In this document: piece by piece, positions 30,072 to 40,698 of the stretch | Layout of the letters: each line of letters starts with the position of its first letter | Position numbering within the stretch: position 1 is the stretch's first letter | From: Microcoleus sp. | GTDB lineage: Bacteria; Cyanobacteriota; Cyanobacteriia; Cyanobacteriales; Microcoleaceae | Assembly: GCA_042408215.1 (NCBI GenBank) | Contig: JAYFMW010000030.1 | Coordinates: 224,001 to 288,000, forward strand | DNA length: 64,000 bases | Direction: 5' to 3' | The notes under the pieces: model-generated | What the model saw: the letters and a program-made list of their open reading frames with translations, nothing else | What the model was told of the DNA's origin: nothing | The model's database searches: none | Translations under genes and position numbers: made by a program

Positions 30072-30357
30072 TCTTTCATGGGCGGGCTAGAAGCCCAACC
30101 CCTACTCCCCACAAGAAAATTTAGTTGTTGTGGAACCAGCAAATTCATCTCTTGTGGAACCGGGCGGAAAGCCTGTTCATAGAAATGGTGCAAGATCTTA
30201 GTTTAACCTGAGATATTGCACCATTCTGAATAACCCTTTCATGGGCGAGAAGCCCAACCCCTACTCCCCACAAGAAAATTTAGTTGTTGTGGAACCAGCA
30301 AATTCATCTCTTGTGGAACAGGCCGGAAAGCCTGTTCATAGAAATGGTGCAAGATAT
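30072..30357. repeat. Two tandem copies of a ~120-bp intergenic repeat (related copies 36143-36290)
   Basis: CTTTCATGGGCG...CCCACAAGAAAATTTAGTTGTTGTGGAAC...GCCTGTTCATAGAAATGGTGCAAGAT occurs twice. Confidence 0.8.
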
Positions 30358-30468
30358 CAGAAACGGAGGACACGGCAATGCCGTTTCCCTACCCCGATTA
30401 ATTGTAGGGAAACGGCACTGCCGTATCCTGACTGTGGGCAACATTAATTCCGATCCCACCGGATTTGA

Positions 30469-31449
30469 TCACTTAGTTTGAAAGATATTTTGCACCATTT
30501 TCTTATCTACGTTCGCCGCCGCTTTATCCAATTCTGCAATCTCGCCGCCGTCTAATTTCCACCCTAAAGCACCAATATTCTCTGCCGCCTGTGCCGCAGA
30601 TTTCGCCCCAGGAATAGGAAGAGTTTCTTTACAAATGCACCAGTTAATCGCTACCTGCGAAACTGTCTTATTTCTGGATGCTGCTATGGCTCGCAAACAC
30701 TCCAAAAGCGATCGCATTCCCGGCAATATTTGTTTACACGCTAAACCTCGGATGCCTTTAGGAAACGGGCCGTTTTCCGAGTATTTCCCCGTCAGCAATC
30801 CCAAGGCTAAAGGACTGTAAGCAATCAATTTTATACCCAGTTCGTCGCACAGTTCTTTCAATCCAAGTTCAGTAACTGGATAGGTAGAAAGTAGCGAATA
30901 TTGAAATTGTAATGTAACAATTGGAATCTGGCGATCGCTAAATTTTTTCTGTACCCATTTCAGCCGTTTCGGCCCGTAGTTAGACAAGCCCACACCCTTG
31001 ACTAATCCTTGCTCGTAAAGGTCGGCCAAACCATCTAAAAGAGCGCTTTCTTGCCAAGGAGCATAATTAGCTGTAGACCAGTGCATTTGCACCAAATCTA
31101 CATTTTTGCCGAGGCGGTAAGCAGAGGCTTTACAAGCCGATATCATTGACTGTCGCGTCAATCTCCAAGGATAAGCAGCCAGTTTTGTCGCAATACAAAT
31201 ACTGTCTTTATTTGCACCTTCATATGCTTGAGAAAACTGCCCCAAAAGTTGCTCGCTGCGTCCATTTAATTTCCCAGTTCCGTAAGAATCACCTGTATCG
31301 AATAAAGTGACACCGTTACTAACACAAAGATTGAAAACGGCTTGCAATTCGTCGTCCATACTTTCATCGTAGCCCCAGAGCAATCTGTTGCCCCAAGCCC
31401 AAGTGCCACAGCCCATTGTTGGTAGTAAAAGTTTTTGGTTATTTGACAT
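30469..31449 (-). CDS. Aldo/keto reductase
   Basis: GCGTWAWG, FDTGDSYG, IATK, VGLSNY, AYSPLALGLLTGKY, PIPGAK. Confidence 0.93.
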   Translation of the reverse strand: MSNNQKLLLPTMGCGTWAWGNRLLWGYDESMDDELQAVFNLCVSNGVTLFDTGDSYGTGKLNGRSEQLLGQFSQAYEGANKDSICIATKLAAYPWRLTRQSMISACKASAYRLGKNVDLVQMHWSTANYAPWQESALLDGLADLYEQGLVKGVGLSNYGPKRLKWVQKKFSDRQIPIVTLQFQYSLLSTYPVTELGLKELCDELGIKLIAYSPLALGLLTGKYSENGPFPKGIRGLACKQILPGMRSLLECLRAIAASRNKTVSQVAINWCICKETLPIPGAKSAAQAAENIGALGWKLDGGEIAELDKAAANVDKKMVQNIFQTK

Positions 31450-31511
31450 TTTTTGTGGATGGTAGTTGTTGGCAACACTGATATTTTTTTATGCACAGAA
31501 CTCGGTATCCC

Positions 31512-31669
31512 CTAGGGCGTGTTTTCAAAGTCTTAGATCCCCCCCAGCCCCCCTTAAAAAGGGGGGAGAAAGAGTCTCTTTCGTCAACCCCTACTCACAC
31601 CCTACTCCCTTTTTAAGGGGGATTTAGGGGGATCGGGATCTGAGGTCGCAGTTTGAAAACACGCCCTAG
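31512..31669. mobile_element. MITE with GGCGTGTTTTCAAA TIRs flanked by CTAG, enclosing a GATCCCCC-type repeat
   Basis: CTAG-GGCGTGTTTTCAAA ... TTTGAAAACACGCC-CTAG. Confidence 0.7.
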
Positions 31670-31971
31670 CCCCCAGTAGATCTGTTTCATTCTGTCACGG
31701 GCCGCTCTTAGACTCAAGTCCCTGTCTAATAGCATAAGTCGGTTTTAACCGATTCAAATAGTAATCTCAATTTTTAAAAGTAGAGTTACACATATATTCT
31801 GCGCTAACTCTATAGAATAACAGGTTTAATAGAATTGCTACAGTCGTCTAAAGACGACTTAAGCTATGAGACAGGGGTTTCAACCCCTGTCGGACTGTCG
31901 GACTACTACAGCTTTGAGCGAATGAATCAGCCCAGGCGGAAGGGCGATTGAGGGAGCGAGACAACGGTTTC

Positions 31972-32208
31972 TAACTAATGATTAATGACTACTGACTAAT
32001 GACGAATTACGAATTACGAATTACGAATTCCCAATGACTAATGACTAATGACTAATGACTAATGACTACTGACTACTGACTACTGACTACTGACTACTGA
32101 CTACTGACTACTGACTACTGACTACTGACTACTGACTAATGACTACTGACTACTGACTAATGACTACTGACTACTGACTAATGACTACTGACTACTGACT
32201 ACTGACTG
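31972..32208. repeat. STRR heptamer arrays (GACTAAT, GACTACT, ACGAATT)
   Basis: Direct inspection; supplies the stop codon of the adjacent GH gene. Confidence 0.9.
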
Positions 32209-33533
32209 ATGACTTCTTGATTCTTTTCCGTACTTGGCGAAGGCGAAGGTTCGCTGTTATTTCCAGGTTGATTCGGCTTAGCTTTGGGGTCTGGTTTGGG
32301 TGGCGGAGGCGGAGGAAAAGTAGCCGCCCGTCTGGGTATTTGTTGCGCTGTTCGGAATGCAGAAAAGGGGAAGAAAGTTTGAAATTTAGACATTCGATCG
32401 TCAAGAGATTCTGGTGTCAATTCCCATAAACTTTCGTAGTAGAAGAAAGCGACACCTAAGCCGTATTCTTGGACTGCTCGCACCTGGGATTGAATTTGCT
32501 GCATGGGGACTGGGCGATTTCTTAAACCAGTCATAATCCCAACTCCTGTGGGAATCTTTTGCTGTGCTTCTTGCATTTCTGGACGATTAATTTTGCCAAC
32601 AAATGATTCTAGATTTGGACGATAAACTTGCACAATTAGCTCGTCGGCAATATCTAAACGCACCCAAGCTAGCCAATCTTGCAGGTGATTCTTGTAAGCA
32701 AATTCGTAGTAATTGGGAGAAATTGAGAAAATTGCATTGGGTTTTACTGCTTTTACCGCTTGATTTAGTCGCGACATAAATGCCGTAATTTTATTGGCTC
32801 GCCACTGCACCCAAGCTGGATCTTCAAAATCTGTTGGAGGAGCTTTTTTGGTTTCTTTGGTATACAGCGCAACTGTGTAGGCATCGTAGCCAAATTCTGA
32901 TGGCAAACTCATGTGATCGTCAAATTGAATGCCGTCAGCATTGTATTGAGTAGTGACCTCTAGTACGAGTTCGGTAATGAATTGCTGCACTTCTGGATGG
33001 AAAGGATTTAGCCAAACTACTTCGCCTCCAGCACCGTTTGATGTTTGGCTACCGTCTTGTTTTTGTGTTAACCAATCGGGATTATTTAATGCTAATTCTG
33101 ACGTGGGAGGAGCCATGAAACCAAACTCAAACCAAGGAATTACTAGCAATCCTTGGCGGTGAGATTGAGCTATTAAATCTCCGAGCATATCTTGTCCGTC
33201 TAAGCCTCTGTAAACAAAGGGTTGAATATCTCTTTGCTGCGCTACAGGACTAGGATACATTACATAGCCCGAATTCCAAATTACGGGATAAATAGTGTTG
33301 AAATTTAACTGCTTTAGTTTACTGACAGCATCTCCTAATTTGCGCCGATCTCTGAGGATGTCTTTGTCGTTTGTTGTCATCCAAACTCCGCGAATTTCCT
33401 GACGGGGTTGCTGGGCGATCGCCGGAATCAAGTTGTTCGCCAGCACTACTATAATGAATGAGATGGCAAACAGCATCGGGAGAATACGTTTAATCGATCG
33501 CAGCCAACCGCGAGGAATGATCCGTAATGTCAT
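32199..33533 (-). CDS. Glycoside hydrolase family 10-like (DUF187/GHL10) exported protein
   Basis: QEIRGVWMT, FNTIYPVIWNSG, IPWFEFG, WLNPFHPEVQ, DGIQFDDH; start probably at 33533 rather than 33797. Confidence 0.88.
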   Translation of the reverse strand: MTLRIIPRGWLRSIKRILPMLFAISFIIVVLANNLIPAIAQQPRQEIRGVWMTTNDKDILRDRRKLGDAVSKLKQLNFNTIYPVIWNSGYVMYPSPVAQQRDIQPFVYRGLDGQDMLGDLIAQSHRQGLLVIPWFEFGFMAPPTSELALNNPDWLTQKQDGSQTSNGAGGEVVWLNPFHPEVQQFITELVLEVTTQYNADGIQFDDHMSLPSEFGYDAYTVALYTKETKKAPPTDFEDPAWVQWRANKITAFMSRLNQAVKAVKPNAIFSISPNYYEFAYKNHLQDWLAWVRLDIADELIVQVYRPNLESFVGKINRPEMQEAQQKIPTGVGIMTGLRNRPVPMQQIQSQVRAVQEYGLGVAFFYYESLWELTPESLDDRMSKFQTFFPFSAFRTAQQIPRRAATFPPPPPPKPDPKAKPNQPGNNSEPSPSPSTEKNQEVISQ

Positions 33534-33874
33534 AGTTTTGAATGGTGAGTTAGCTATTGAAACACACCCCGGCATAATTTGCTGATAAAATTTACTCGTT
33601 CTACAGTCTACAGCTATTTGTGCAGATTTGGTAATTGATTGAGTGAAATGGCTGGATTGATGCGATGCTCCGATCGCACTTCGGTCAAGTATAATATTTG
33701 ATACACAGAATAAGTGAGAGCCTGTTGTAATATCAAGTCCGATTGATTCGTTCTTATATAATGTGTTTTCCAAGTAGGGGCGGGTTTTACCAACCATCGA
33801 TGTCTAAAACTAACAATCTCGTAAACCCGCCCTGCTGCTGATACTACAAGCTGGAATATCTCCTTCGAACATCC

Positions 33875-35188
33875 ATGTCACAAGATTTAGTTTTAATTGG
33901 CGGCGGTCACAGTCATGCTATTGTATTAAAAATGTTCGGCATGAAACCAATACCGGGAGTGCGTTTGACTCTGATCAGCGATGTGCTGTACGCAACCTAT
34001 TCGGGGATGCTGCCCGGACACATTGCCGGGTTTTACAGTTATGATGAATGTCACATCGATTTGCGATCGCTCTGTGAATTTGCCCAGTGCCAGATATTTG
34101 TCGATCGGGCGATCGCGATCGACTTTAACAAAAATCGCGTGATTTGTCAAAATCGCCCCCCCGTTAATTTTGACTTGCTTTCCATTGATATTGGCAGCAC
34201 TCCCGCGACTTTATCCGTACCTGGTGCCGCACAATATGCAATTCCAGCTAAACCCGTACCAGAGTTTTTAGCTAACTGGAATCAGCTAATTGCATCAACG
34301 CCAAATCATCCCGAAAAACCTCTGCGTATCGCCATTGTTGGCGGCGGTGCAGGCGGCGTAGAATTGGCATTAAATATGCAGTATAGCTTGAGGAAGGAAG
34401 AGGGAAGAAGGAAGTTCGGCAACAGATTGTGTAACGGATTTAACGGATTTAACGGATTTAACGGATGGATATTAAGGCAAGACGGAAGACGTAAGAGAGA
34501 AGAGGGAAGAGGGAAGAAAGAAGAAGAATTAGAAATTCATTTGTTTCATAGCGGTGCTGAATTGATGGCTGCACATAACCAACGGGTGCGCCGCCGCCTC
34601 AAAGAAATTCTCATTAATCGTGGTATTAAACTGCATTTAATGGAAAAAGTCAGTGCCGTGCAAAAGCAAGAAATGATTGACATAGAAGATAATCAAGAAT
34701 GCCCCATGCCCCATGCCCCATGCCCCATGCCCAATTACCAAATTTATTGTGAATCCGGTTTAAAATTAGAGTTCGATCGCATTTTTTGGGTAACACAAGC
34801 ATCCGCAGCTAATTGGATAAAAGAATCTGGTTTAGCCACTGACTCAAACGGGTTTATCCAAGTTAACGATTACTTGCAATCAGTCTCTCACCCTCACGTA
34901 TTTGCTGCTGGCGATATCTGCACGATGGTTAATTATCCGCGCCCCAAAGCAGGCGTATTTGCTGTGCGTCAAGGCAAACCTTTATTTGAAAATTTGCAGC
35001 AAATTTTATTAGCAAAACCGCTCAAATCTTTTGCACCGCAAGAACAATATTTAGGGCTAATTGGTACTGGGAATAAAAGGGCGATCGCCTCTCGCGGCAA
35101 TTTCATGTGGGAATCGCCCTTACTATGGTACTGGAAAGATTGGATCGATCGCCAATTTATGCAAAATTTTATCAATAAAAATGAGTAA
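33875..35188 (+). CDS. FAD-dependent pyridine nucleotide-disulfide oxidoreductase (SelD N-terminal-like) with in-frame repeat insertions
   Basis: LVLIGGGHSH, YSGMLPG, IVGGGAGGVE, FAAGDI, PKAGVFAVRQG, KDWIDRQFM. Confidence 0.88.
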   Translation: MSQDLVLIGGGHSHAIVLKMFGMKPIPGVRLTLISDVLYATYSGMLPGHIAGFYSYDECHIDLRSLCEFAQCQIFVDRAIAIDFNKNRVICQNRPPVNFDLLSIDIGSTPATLSVPGAAQYAIPAKPVPEFLANWNQLIASTPNHPEKPLRIAIVGGGAGGVELALNMQYSLRKEEGRRKFGNRLCNGFNGFNGFNGWILRQDGRRKREEGRGKKEEELEIHLFHSGAELMAAHNQRVRRRLKEILINRGIKLHLMEKVSAVQKQEMIDIEDNQECPMPHAPCPMPNYQIYCESGLKLEFDRIFWVTQASAANWIKESGLATDSNGFIQVNDYLQSVSHPHVFAAGDICTMVNYPRPKAGVFAVRQGKPLFENLQQILLAKPLKSFAPQEQYLGLIGTGNKRAIASRGNFMWESPLLWYWKDWIDRQFMQNFINKNE

Positions 35189-35424
35189 TTGGCCCATAGG
35201 GCGATCGGAGTAAGTGAGCAACGGCTAAAAAAACAGAATACCCAGATTCCCACAGGCTTTAAGAAGTCGGGAATCTAACAGAACCAATGCCCAATGCCCA
35301 ATACTTCGACTACGCGAGCGTGCGCCGCTTCGCTCAGCACAAGTGCCCAATGCCCAAGAACACCTCATTTACTTGAGAAAGGCTATATCATAGTAGTATC
35401 AGCAGGAATCAGTAACGAATAATT

Positions 35425-36084
35425 ATGTTCAGAAAAATCAGCTTTTGGCTACTTTGGATTGGATTTAGCACCTATGCCTTTGTATTTGCACCTCCCGACA
35501 GCCCAGAAACTATCACACTAATTACCAATCTTTCCACCGGCCAAGTAGCAGACATCAACCCTCTAATTGTCGCCTTGTTCAACATCATGGGAATTTGGCC
35601 ACTAATCTATAGTTGCGTGTTGTTTGCTGACGGTAGAGGACAAAAAATACCAGCCTGGTTATTTGCTACTTTATCATTTGGCGTCGGCGCATTTGCCTTA
35701 GTCCCTTATTTAGCCCTGCGGGAACCTAATCCAGAATTTACCGGCAATAAAAATATCTTTTTAAAGGTATTAGACTCCCGTTTTACAGGAATTTTATTAA
35801 CATTAGGCGCTGCTGCTTTAGTTGCCTTTGGCTTGACACAAGGCGATTGGTCTGATTTTATTTTGCAGTGGCAGACTAGCCGTTTTATCCACGTAATGAG
35901 TTTGGATTTCTGTATGCTTTCGGTGTTATTTCCGACATTGTTGGCCGATGATATGGCCCGCAGAGGAATGGAGAACTATACAGCATTTTGGGCAGTAACA
36001 TTAGTGCCTTTGTTTGGCCCGCTGACATATCTGTGTACGCGCCAACCATTGCCGGAAAATAATGTTCAAAATGTTACAAATTAG
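35425..36084 (+). CDS. Conserved cyanobacterial integral membrane protein (DUF2834-like)
   Basis: Multiple TM segments; FNIMGIWP, PYLALR, IHVMSLDF. Confidence 0.7.
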   Translation: MFRKISFWLLWIGFSTYAFVFAPPDSPETITLITNLSTGQVADINPLIVALFNIMGIWPLIYSCVLFADGRGQKIPAWLFATLSFGVGAFALVPYLALREPNPEFTGNKNIFLKVLDSRFTGILLTLGAAALVAFGLTQGDWSDFILQWQTSRFIHVMSLDFCMLSVLFPTLLADDMARRGMENYTAFWAVTLVPLFGPLTYLCTRQPLPENNVQNVTN

Positions 36085-36357
36085 ACAGTAATTCCGACAA
36101 TTATCAGTTTAATCTAGAACTCAATCAAAAGTAATCATACAAGAAACAGGCTTTTCGGCCTGTTCCACAATAAGTAAGTTTTATTGTGGGGAGTAGGGGT
36201 TGGGCTTCTAGCCCGCCAGTTAGAAACAGGCTTTTCGGCCTGTTCCACAATAAGTAAGTTTTATTGTGGGGTTGGGCTTCTAGCCCATGAAAGACTGATT
36301 ACAAATAGTGCAAAATTTGAGTATTAATCTAAATAACTATCTCCCGCCCTGTAGCAA

Positions 36358-37086
36358 ATGAAAAAACATCCGATCATTGGTATCACAACCTATAGCCGCA
36401 GTCCAGTAGGCGAATACTGCCTGAATGGATCTTATATTGATGCAGTGCAAGCGGCTGGCGGCATTCCGATTTTGCTGCCACCGAATCAATTAGATCCAGC
36501 TAGTATTTTCGATGCGGTAGACGGTTTGATTTTTTCCGGTGGTGGAGATATTAACCCAGAACTTTATGGAGGCTGTATTGAGGAAACAGTTTATGCGATC
36601 GATACAGAACGTGATAATTTTGAATTAGGCTTAGCTAAGCTAGCTTTCAAAGCTGACATACCTGTTTTGGGGATTTGTCGCGGAATGCAAATCCTGAACG
36701 TAGCCAGCGGTGGCAGTTTGGTGATTCACGTACCGGATGCTTACGGGGACGAGGTTACTCACGGATCGGGAATTCCCCCGCGTGCGATCGAGCATAGCAT
36801 TGAAATTGAACCCAACAGTAGGCTGGCAAAAATCATGGGAATAACTTCAACAAAAGTTGTTTCTTGGCACCATCAAGCTGTGCAGAATGTGATACCTAGT
36901 TGGCAAATTGCAGCCCGCGCATCAGACAGTTTAGTAGAAGCAATGGAATATGAAAATCACCCTTGGACGATCGGAGTGCAGTGGCACCCGGAAAGGTCGC
37001 CAAAATGTTCGGGAAACTCTCGAATTTTTCGGTCTTTTGTCCAAGCAGCAGCTTCAAAATTTATGACTTATACCAAATCAGCGTGA
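36358..37086 (+). CDS. Gamma-glutamyl-gamma-aminobutyrate hydrolase family (peptidase C26)
   Basis: SGGGDINP, LGICRGMQ, SWHHQAV, GVQWHPE. Confidence 0.92.
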   Translation: MKKHPIIGITTYSRSPVGEYCLNGSYIDAVQAAGGIPILLPPNQLDPASIFDAVDGLIFSGGGDINPELYGGCIEETVYAIDTERDNFELGLAKLAFKADIPVLGICRGMQILNVASGGSLVIHVPDAYGDEVTHGSGIPPRAIEHSIEIEPNSRLAKIMGITSTKVVSWHHQAVQNVIPSWQIAARASDSLVEAMEYENHPWTIGVQWHPERSPKCSGNSRIFRSFVQAAASKFMTYTKSA

Positions 37087-37182
37087 CCATTGTCGGCGTG
37101 ATTTTTGCACATTTAGTATCTCATATCCCCAGGATCTCTTAGTCTGCGGAGGCAGAATTCGTTTGTGTAGTAGCGGTTTCAA

Positions 37183-37371
37183 CTACTCTTGATAGTCAGG
37201 ATCTATTTCAAGATCGAGGGTATCTTCATTTATTCTCACATACAGAACATTCGGGCGACAGCAAACTTGACAATCCTCAATATATGATTGCTCCATTCCC
37301 CCACTAATGTCAACAAAAGTTGTACTCGGTTCGCCGCAGAAAGCACAGTAATATTCAGCCGTTGTTTGCAT
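37183..37371 (-). CDS. CPXCG-motif cysteine-rich protein
   Basis: CAFCGE...YIEDCQVCCRPN. Confidence 0.85.
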   Translation of the reverse strand: MQTTAEYYCAFCGEPSTTFVDISGGMEQSYIEDCQVCCRPNVLYVRINEDTLDLEIDPDYQE

Positions 37372-37816
37372 CTTTTTCGCACTCCCTTTTTGTAACTTCA
37401 TGGCGGTAGCGAAACATATCTGTTAACCGCATATTTACCCACCAACCTAATAATAAATCGACAATTGGGCCGCCCGGTATCGAAAAGGCGATCGCATCCG
37501 TCAATCTAGTCTGACCATTTTCTGTGGTAAACTCGTGTCGGTGAATCCAACTAGCCATCGGCCCCTCAGTTTGCTCATCAACAAACAAGCGATACTGTTC
37601 GCACTGAGTATGAGTCGCCACCCATTTTACCGGAATCGGCCCCAATAAAAGGCGAAATTCAGATACAGCACCCACATCAAGTCCACCTTCGCGGCGAATT
37701 ATTTTCACCGGTTGCCAAGGCGGAGTCAAAAGTTGCAAAATATCCGGTCTTTCGTGAAAGTTCCAGACAGTTTCAACGGCAGAATTAATCAGTGATGAAT
37801 ATCGAAAGTTAGGCAT
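37355..37816 (-). CDS. SRPBCC (polyketide cyclase-like) family protein
   Basis: VWNFHERP..LQLLTPPW, FVDEQTEGPM..WIHRHEF. Confidence 0.88.
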   Translation of the reverse strand: MPNFRYSSLINSAVETVWNFHERPDILQLLTPPWQPVKIIRREGGLDVGAVSEFRLLLGPIPVKWVATHTQCEQYRLFVDEQTEGPMASWIHRHEFTTENGQTRLTDAIAFSIPGGPIVDLLLGWWVNMRLTDMFRYRHEVTKRECEKDANNG

Positions 37817-37830
37817 TTTTTGAATTTTTA

Positions 37831-38184
37831 CTAAACAGTTAATTGCGCTGGAATTTCAGCATTTACATTATTATCCTCTGGATATGTACAAACAGCAACA
37901 GTTAGCTTTAATCCCAAAGCATTCAGCCAAGTTCCCAGATGATAAATCGCATCACTTCCTTGTTGCGAAAGCAATTCATCCAGTATTTTTAAGTGCAATT
38001 CATATTGTTCGGGAGACATTTTTGGTTGACCGAGAGCTTCTGCTAAATCGCTGAGAGCTCGTTTCAGCAGTTCAGGTTCCGGCGCTTCTTCCTCTAATGT
38101 CGCCGTTATATAGGCTGCTGCCAGTTCCGGCTTTTTTCTGAGAGATTCAATCAAAAATGGATGATAAGGTAGGCTTTTAGGCAT
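37831..38184 (-). CDS. Addiction-module antitoxin/regulator
   Basis: LIESLR..PELAAAYI...LE, LNALGLKL; 4 bp downstream of a RelE-like toxin. Confidence 0.75.
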   Translation of the reverse strand: MPKSLPYHPFLIESLRKKPELAAAYITATLEEEAPEPELLKRALSDLAEALGQPKMSPEQYELHLKILDELLSQQGSDAIYHLGTWLNALGLKLTVAVCTYPEDNNVNAEIPAQLTV

Positions 38185-38188
38185 TGTC

Positions 38189-38518
38189 TTAACTCCTATA
38201 ATCTGTCCAGTATTCTTTAGCTTGGCGGATATCTCTGTCTTGAGTGCTTTTATCGCCTCCGCAGATGAGAATCACAATCGTCATTCCTATTTGTCCAAAA
38301 TAGATTCGATAGCCTGGGCCATAATTGATTTTGAGTTCGCATACGCCTTCTCCCACGGAGCCATAGTCTCCTAAATTACCATCAGCAATTCGGTTCAGCC
38401 TAGATATAATCTTGGCTTGAGCATTGATATCTCTCAGCGAATCAAACCACTGATCGTAAGGCACTTCGCCATCTGAGGCGATGTAGCGCTGAATTTCTTT
38501 CGGTTGGACTTCTGGCAT
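38189..38518 (-). CDS. RelE/HigB-like addiction-module toxin
   Basis: WFDSLRD..AQAKI..RL.RI..GNLGD..SVGEGVCELKI.YGPGYRIYF...GGDKSTQDRDI. Confidence 0.9.
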   Translation of the reverse strand: MPEVQPKEIQRYIASDGEVPYDQWFDSLRDINAQAKIISRLNRIADGNLGDYGSVGEGVCELKINYGPGYRIYFGQIGMTIVILICGGDKSTQDRDIRQAKEYWTDYRS

Positions 38519-38823
38519 AATTATATTATAGTGCGTCACTCATCCCAGTATGCTTGCAATTAATTATACTCAAGAAATGCCACAGGGGAAAGATGGAAAA
38601 ACTTACTGGTATTCATAATCGATAAAACAGGACTTACGCACTCCGACCAAAGAAACCGGGTTTTTTTACTAAAATACACGTTGTAGCCCGCATATTCGGT
38701 AAAAAACCCGGTTTCTGGGCCCCCATGCGTAAGTCCGATAAAAGCAATTAGCCGATAGTTATTGCCACCAATATTAAATACTGTGGGGTCAATTATTCAA
38801 TTCTAAAATCTAAAATCTAAAAT

Positions 38824-40434
38824 CTAAAATCGAGTCATCGCCTCGGCTAAATGCTTCTTCAAAGTCGCTTCCGGTAGTGGCCCTTGCAAATGACTCCAAG
38901 GCAAAACCTGCTCTAAATCCCACTCTTGAAAAACATAGAAATCCATCTCTGGCAACTGTCCCCGCAACTCCTTAAAAGCGCGCCGATAACTGCCCAAAGT
39001 ATCGCCGTAATGCCGCACTAATTCTAACAGCTTTGACAAGCGTCGATCGCCCTTTGACAACAAACCCTGAATCACAGACCAGTTATAGCTTTCAGGTCTA
39101 AATTCTAAACCTAACTTCCGCAATTCTTTATCTAAAAACTTCAGTCTCTTCTCCGCATCTTTGTTCACTCCAAACCACTGAAAAGGAGTGTGAGATTTCG
39201 GGACAAATGTACTGCAACCAAAAGTCAATCGTAAACCCGGAGCAGCTTTTTTAACAGCCCGCATCATCGCCACCGTCTCCTCTAAATCCTCCATTTCTTC
39301 CCCAGGTATTCCCGCCATACCGTAGAGTTTAATTCCCTTTAAACCGCCAGATTTAGCATTAATAGCAGCTTGAATAATTTCGTCATTGGTGAGTTTTTTG
39401 TTGACAATTTTGCGGAGGCGATCGCTCCCACTTTCCACAGCAATTGTCACAGATTTACTGTCTCGTTTTGTCAATATTTCTGCCAATTTCACCGTCACCG
39501 TATTTGTACGCACCGAAGAAAGACTCAGCCGCACACCATCGTATTTCGGATGATTCAAATGATCCAGCAAAACTTCAAATTCCGGGTGTTGAGTGACAGA
39601 AGCACCCAACAAACCCAAACGATTAGTAACAGCTAAACCGCGATCGATCGCCGGAATTAGAGAAGCCTCCAAACTCGCAGTTCTAAACGGCAAAGTCAGA
39701 TAACTAGCCAAACAGAAACGGCACATTTCTGGACAACTCCGAACCACTTCCACCATGTAAATATTTTCCCAAGCAGCCTTTTCCGTCACCACAGTAGAAG
39801 CAGATAAAGTATTGCCGCGATAAGTCTGTTTTTCAACCAAGCTGGGAATTGCTGCATCAATGGGCTGAATAGATTTAATACCCTCAGTCGCATCCAGATA
39901 AATCACTTCGTATAAACTGGGAACATAAACCCCCGGAACTTGCGCCAAATGTCGCAATTTAGTTTGTCTATCGGCGGTACGGACTTCTTTAAAAGCATTT
40001 ATAAAATTGTCAATGAGATTCTCGCCATCTCCGAGCAAAATCACATCAAAAAAATCAGCAAAAGGTTCAGGATTAGCAGTAAAAACCGGGCCACCACCAA
40101 ATACAATTGGATGGTTATCTGTTCGTTGAGATGCCCAAATTGGCACTTCTAGAGATTCCAATAAATTGAGAATATTCACATAGTCTAGTTCCCAAGAAAG
40201 GGAAAATCCTAGTAATTCTGGATGTCGGGGAAGTTGTTCGCGGATATCAGTAAATAAACGACCCACTTCAAGATCCGATCGCACGGCCAAAGTTGCCCAC
40301 ACTATCTGATAGCCTAGGCTGGTGATGCCAACAGTGTACTCGTTGGGAAAACCAAAAATCGTCGGGATAGCGTCAACATCGGGGGTTGCTGGGGCAAATA
40401 GCAACCGTTCTTCAACAAATGGATTAGGAGTCAT
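38824..40434 (-). CDS. B12-binding-domain radical SAM protein
   Basis: RSCPEMCRFC (CxxxCxxC), GGPVFTANPEP, FVPKSHTPFQW. Confidence 0.9.
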   Translation of the reverse strand: MTPNPFVEERLLFAPATPDVDAIPTIFGFPNEYTVGITSLGYQIVWATLAVRSDLEVGRLFTDIREQLPRHPELLGFSLSWELDYVNILNLLESLEVPIWASQRTDNHPIVFGGGPVFTANPEPFADFFDVILLGDGENLIDNFINAFKEVRTADRQTKLRHLAQVPGVYVPSLYEVIYLDATEGIKSIQPIDAAIPSLVEKQTYRGNTLSASTVVTEKAAWENIYMVEVVRSCPEMCRFCLASYLTLPFRTASLEASLIPAIDRGLAVTNRLGLLGASVTQHPEFEVLLDHLNHPKYDGVRLSLSSVRTNTVTVKLAEILTKRDSKSVTIAVESGSDRLRKIVNKKLTNDEIIQAAINAKSGGLKGIKLYGMAGIPGEEMEDLEETVAMMRAVKKAAPGLRLTFGCSTFVPKSHTPFQWFGVNKDAEKRLKFLDKELRKLGLEFRPESYNWSVIQGLLSKGDRRLSKLLELVRHYGDTLGSYRRAFKELRGQLPEMDFYVFQEWDLEQVLPWSHLQGPLPEATLKKHLAEAMTRF

Positions 40435-40440
40435 GGGATT

Positions 40441-40690
40441 TTAGATTTGAGATTTTAGATTTGAGATTAGGGAATTTATGCCTGGGAATTATGCCTCTCT
40501 CTTCTCTGACTCTGCGTTCTCTGCGTCCTCTGTGGTTTAATCATTTCGATTTGAGATTTGAGATTTTAGATTTGAGATTAGGGAATTTATGCCTGGGAAT
40601 TATGCCTCTCTCTTCTCTGACTCTGCGTTCTCTGCGTCCTCTGTGGTTTAATCATTTCGATTTGAGATTTGAGATTTGAGATTAGGGAAT
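40441..40690. repeat. Tandem duplication, ~111-bp period, with GATTT(T/G)A heptamers and the CTCTGCG..CTCTGTGG motif
   Basis: TAGGGAATTTATG at 40468 and 40579. Confidence 0.85.
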
Positions 40691-40698
40691 TGACTTAT

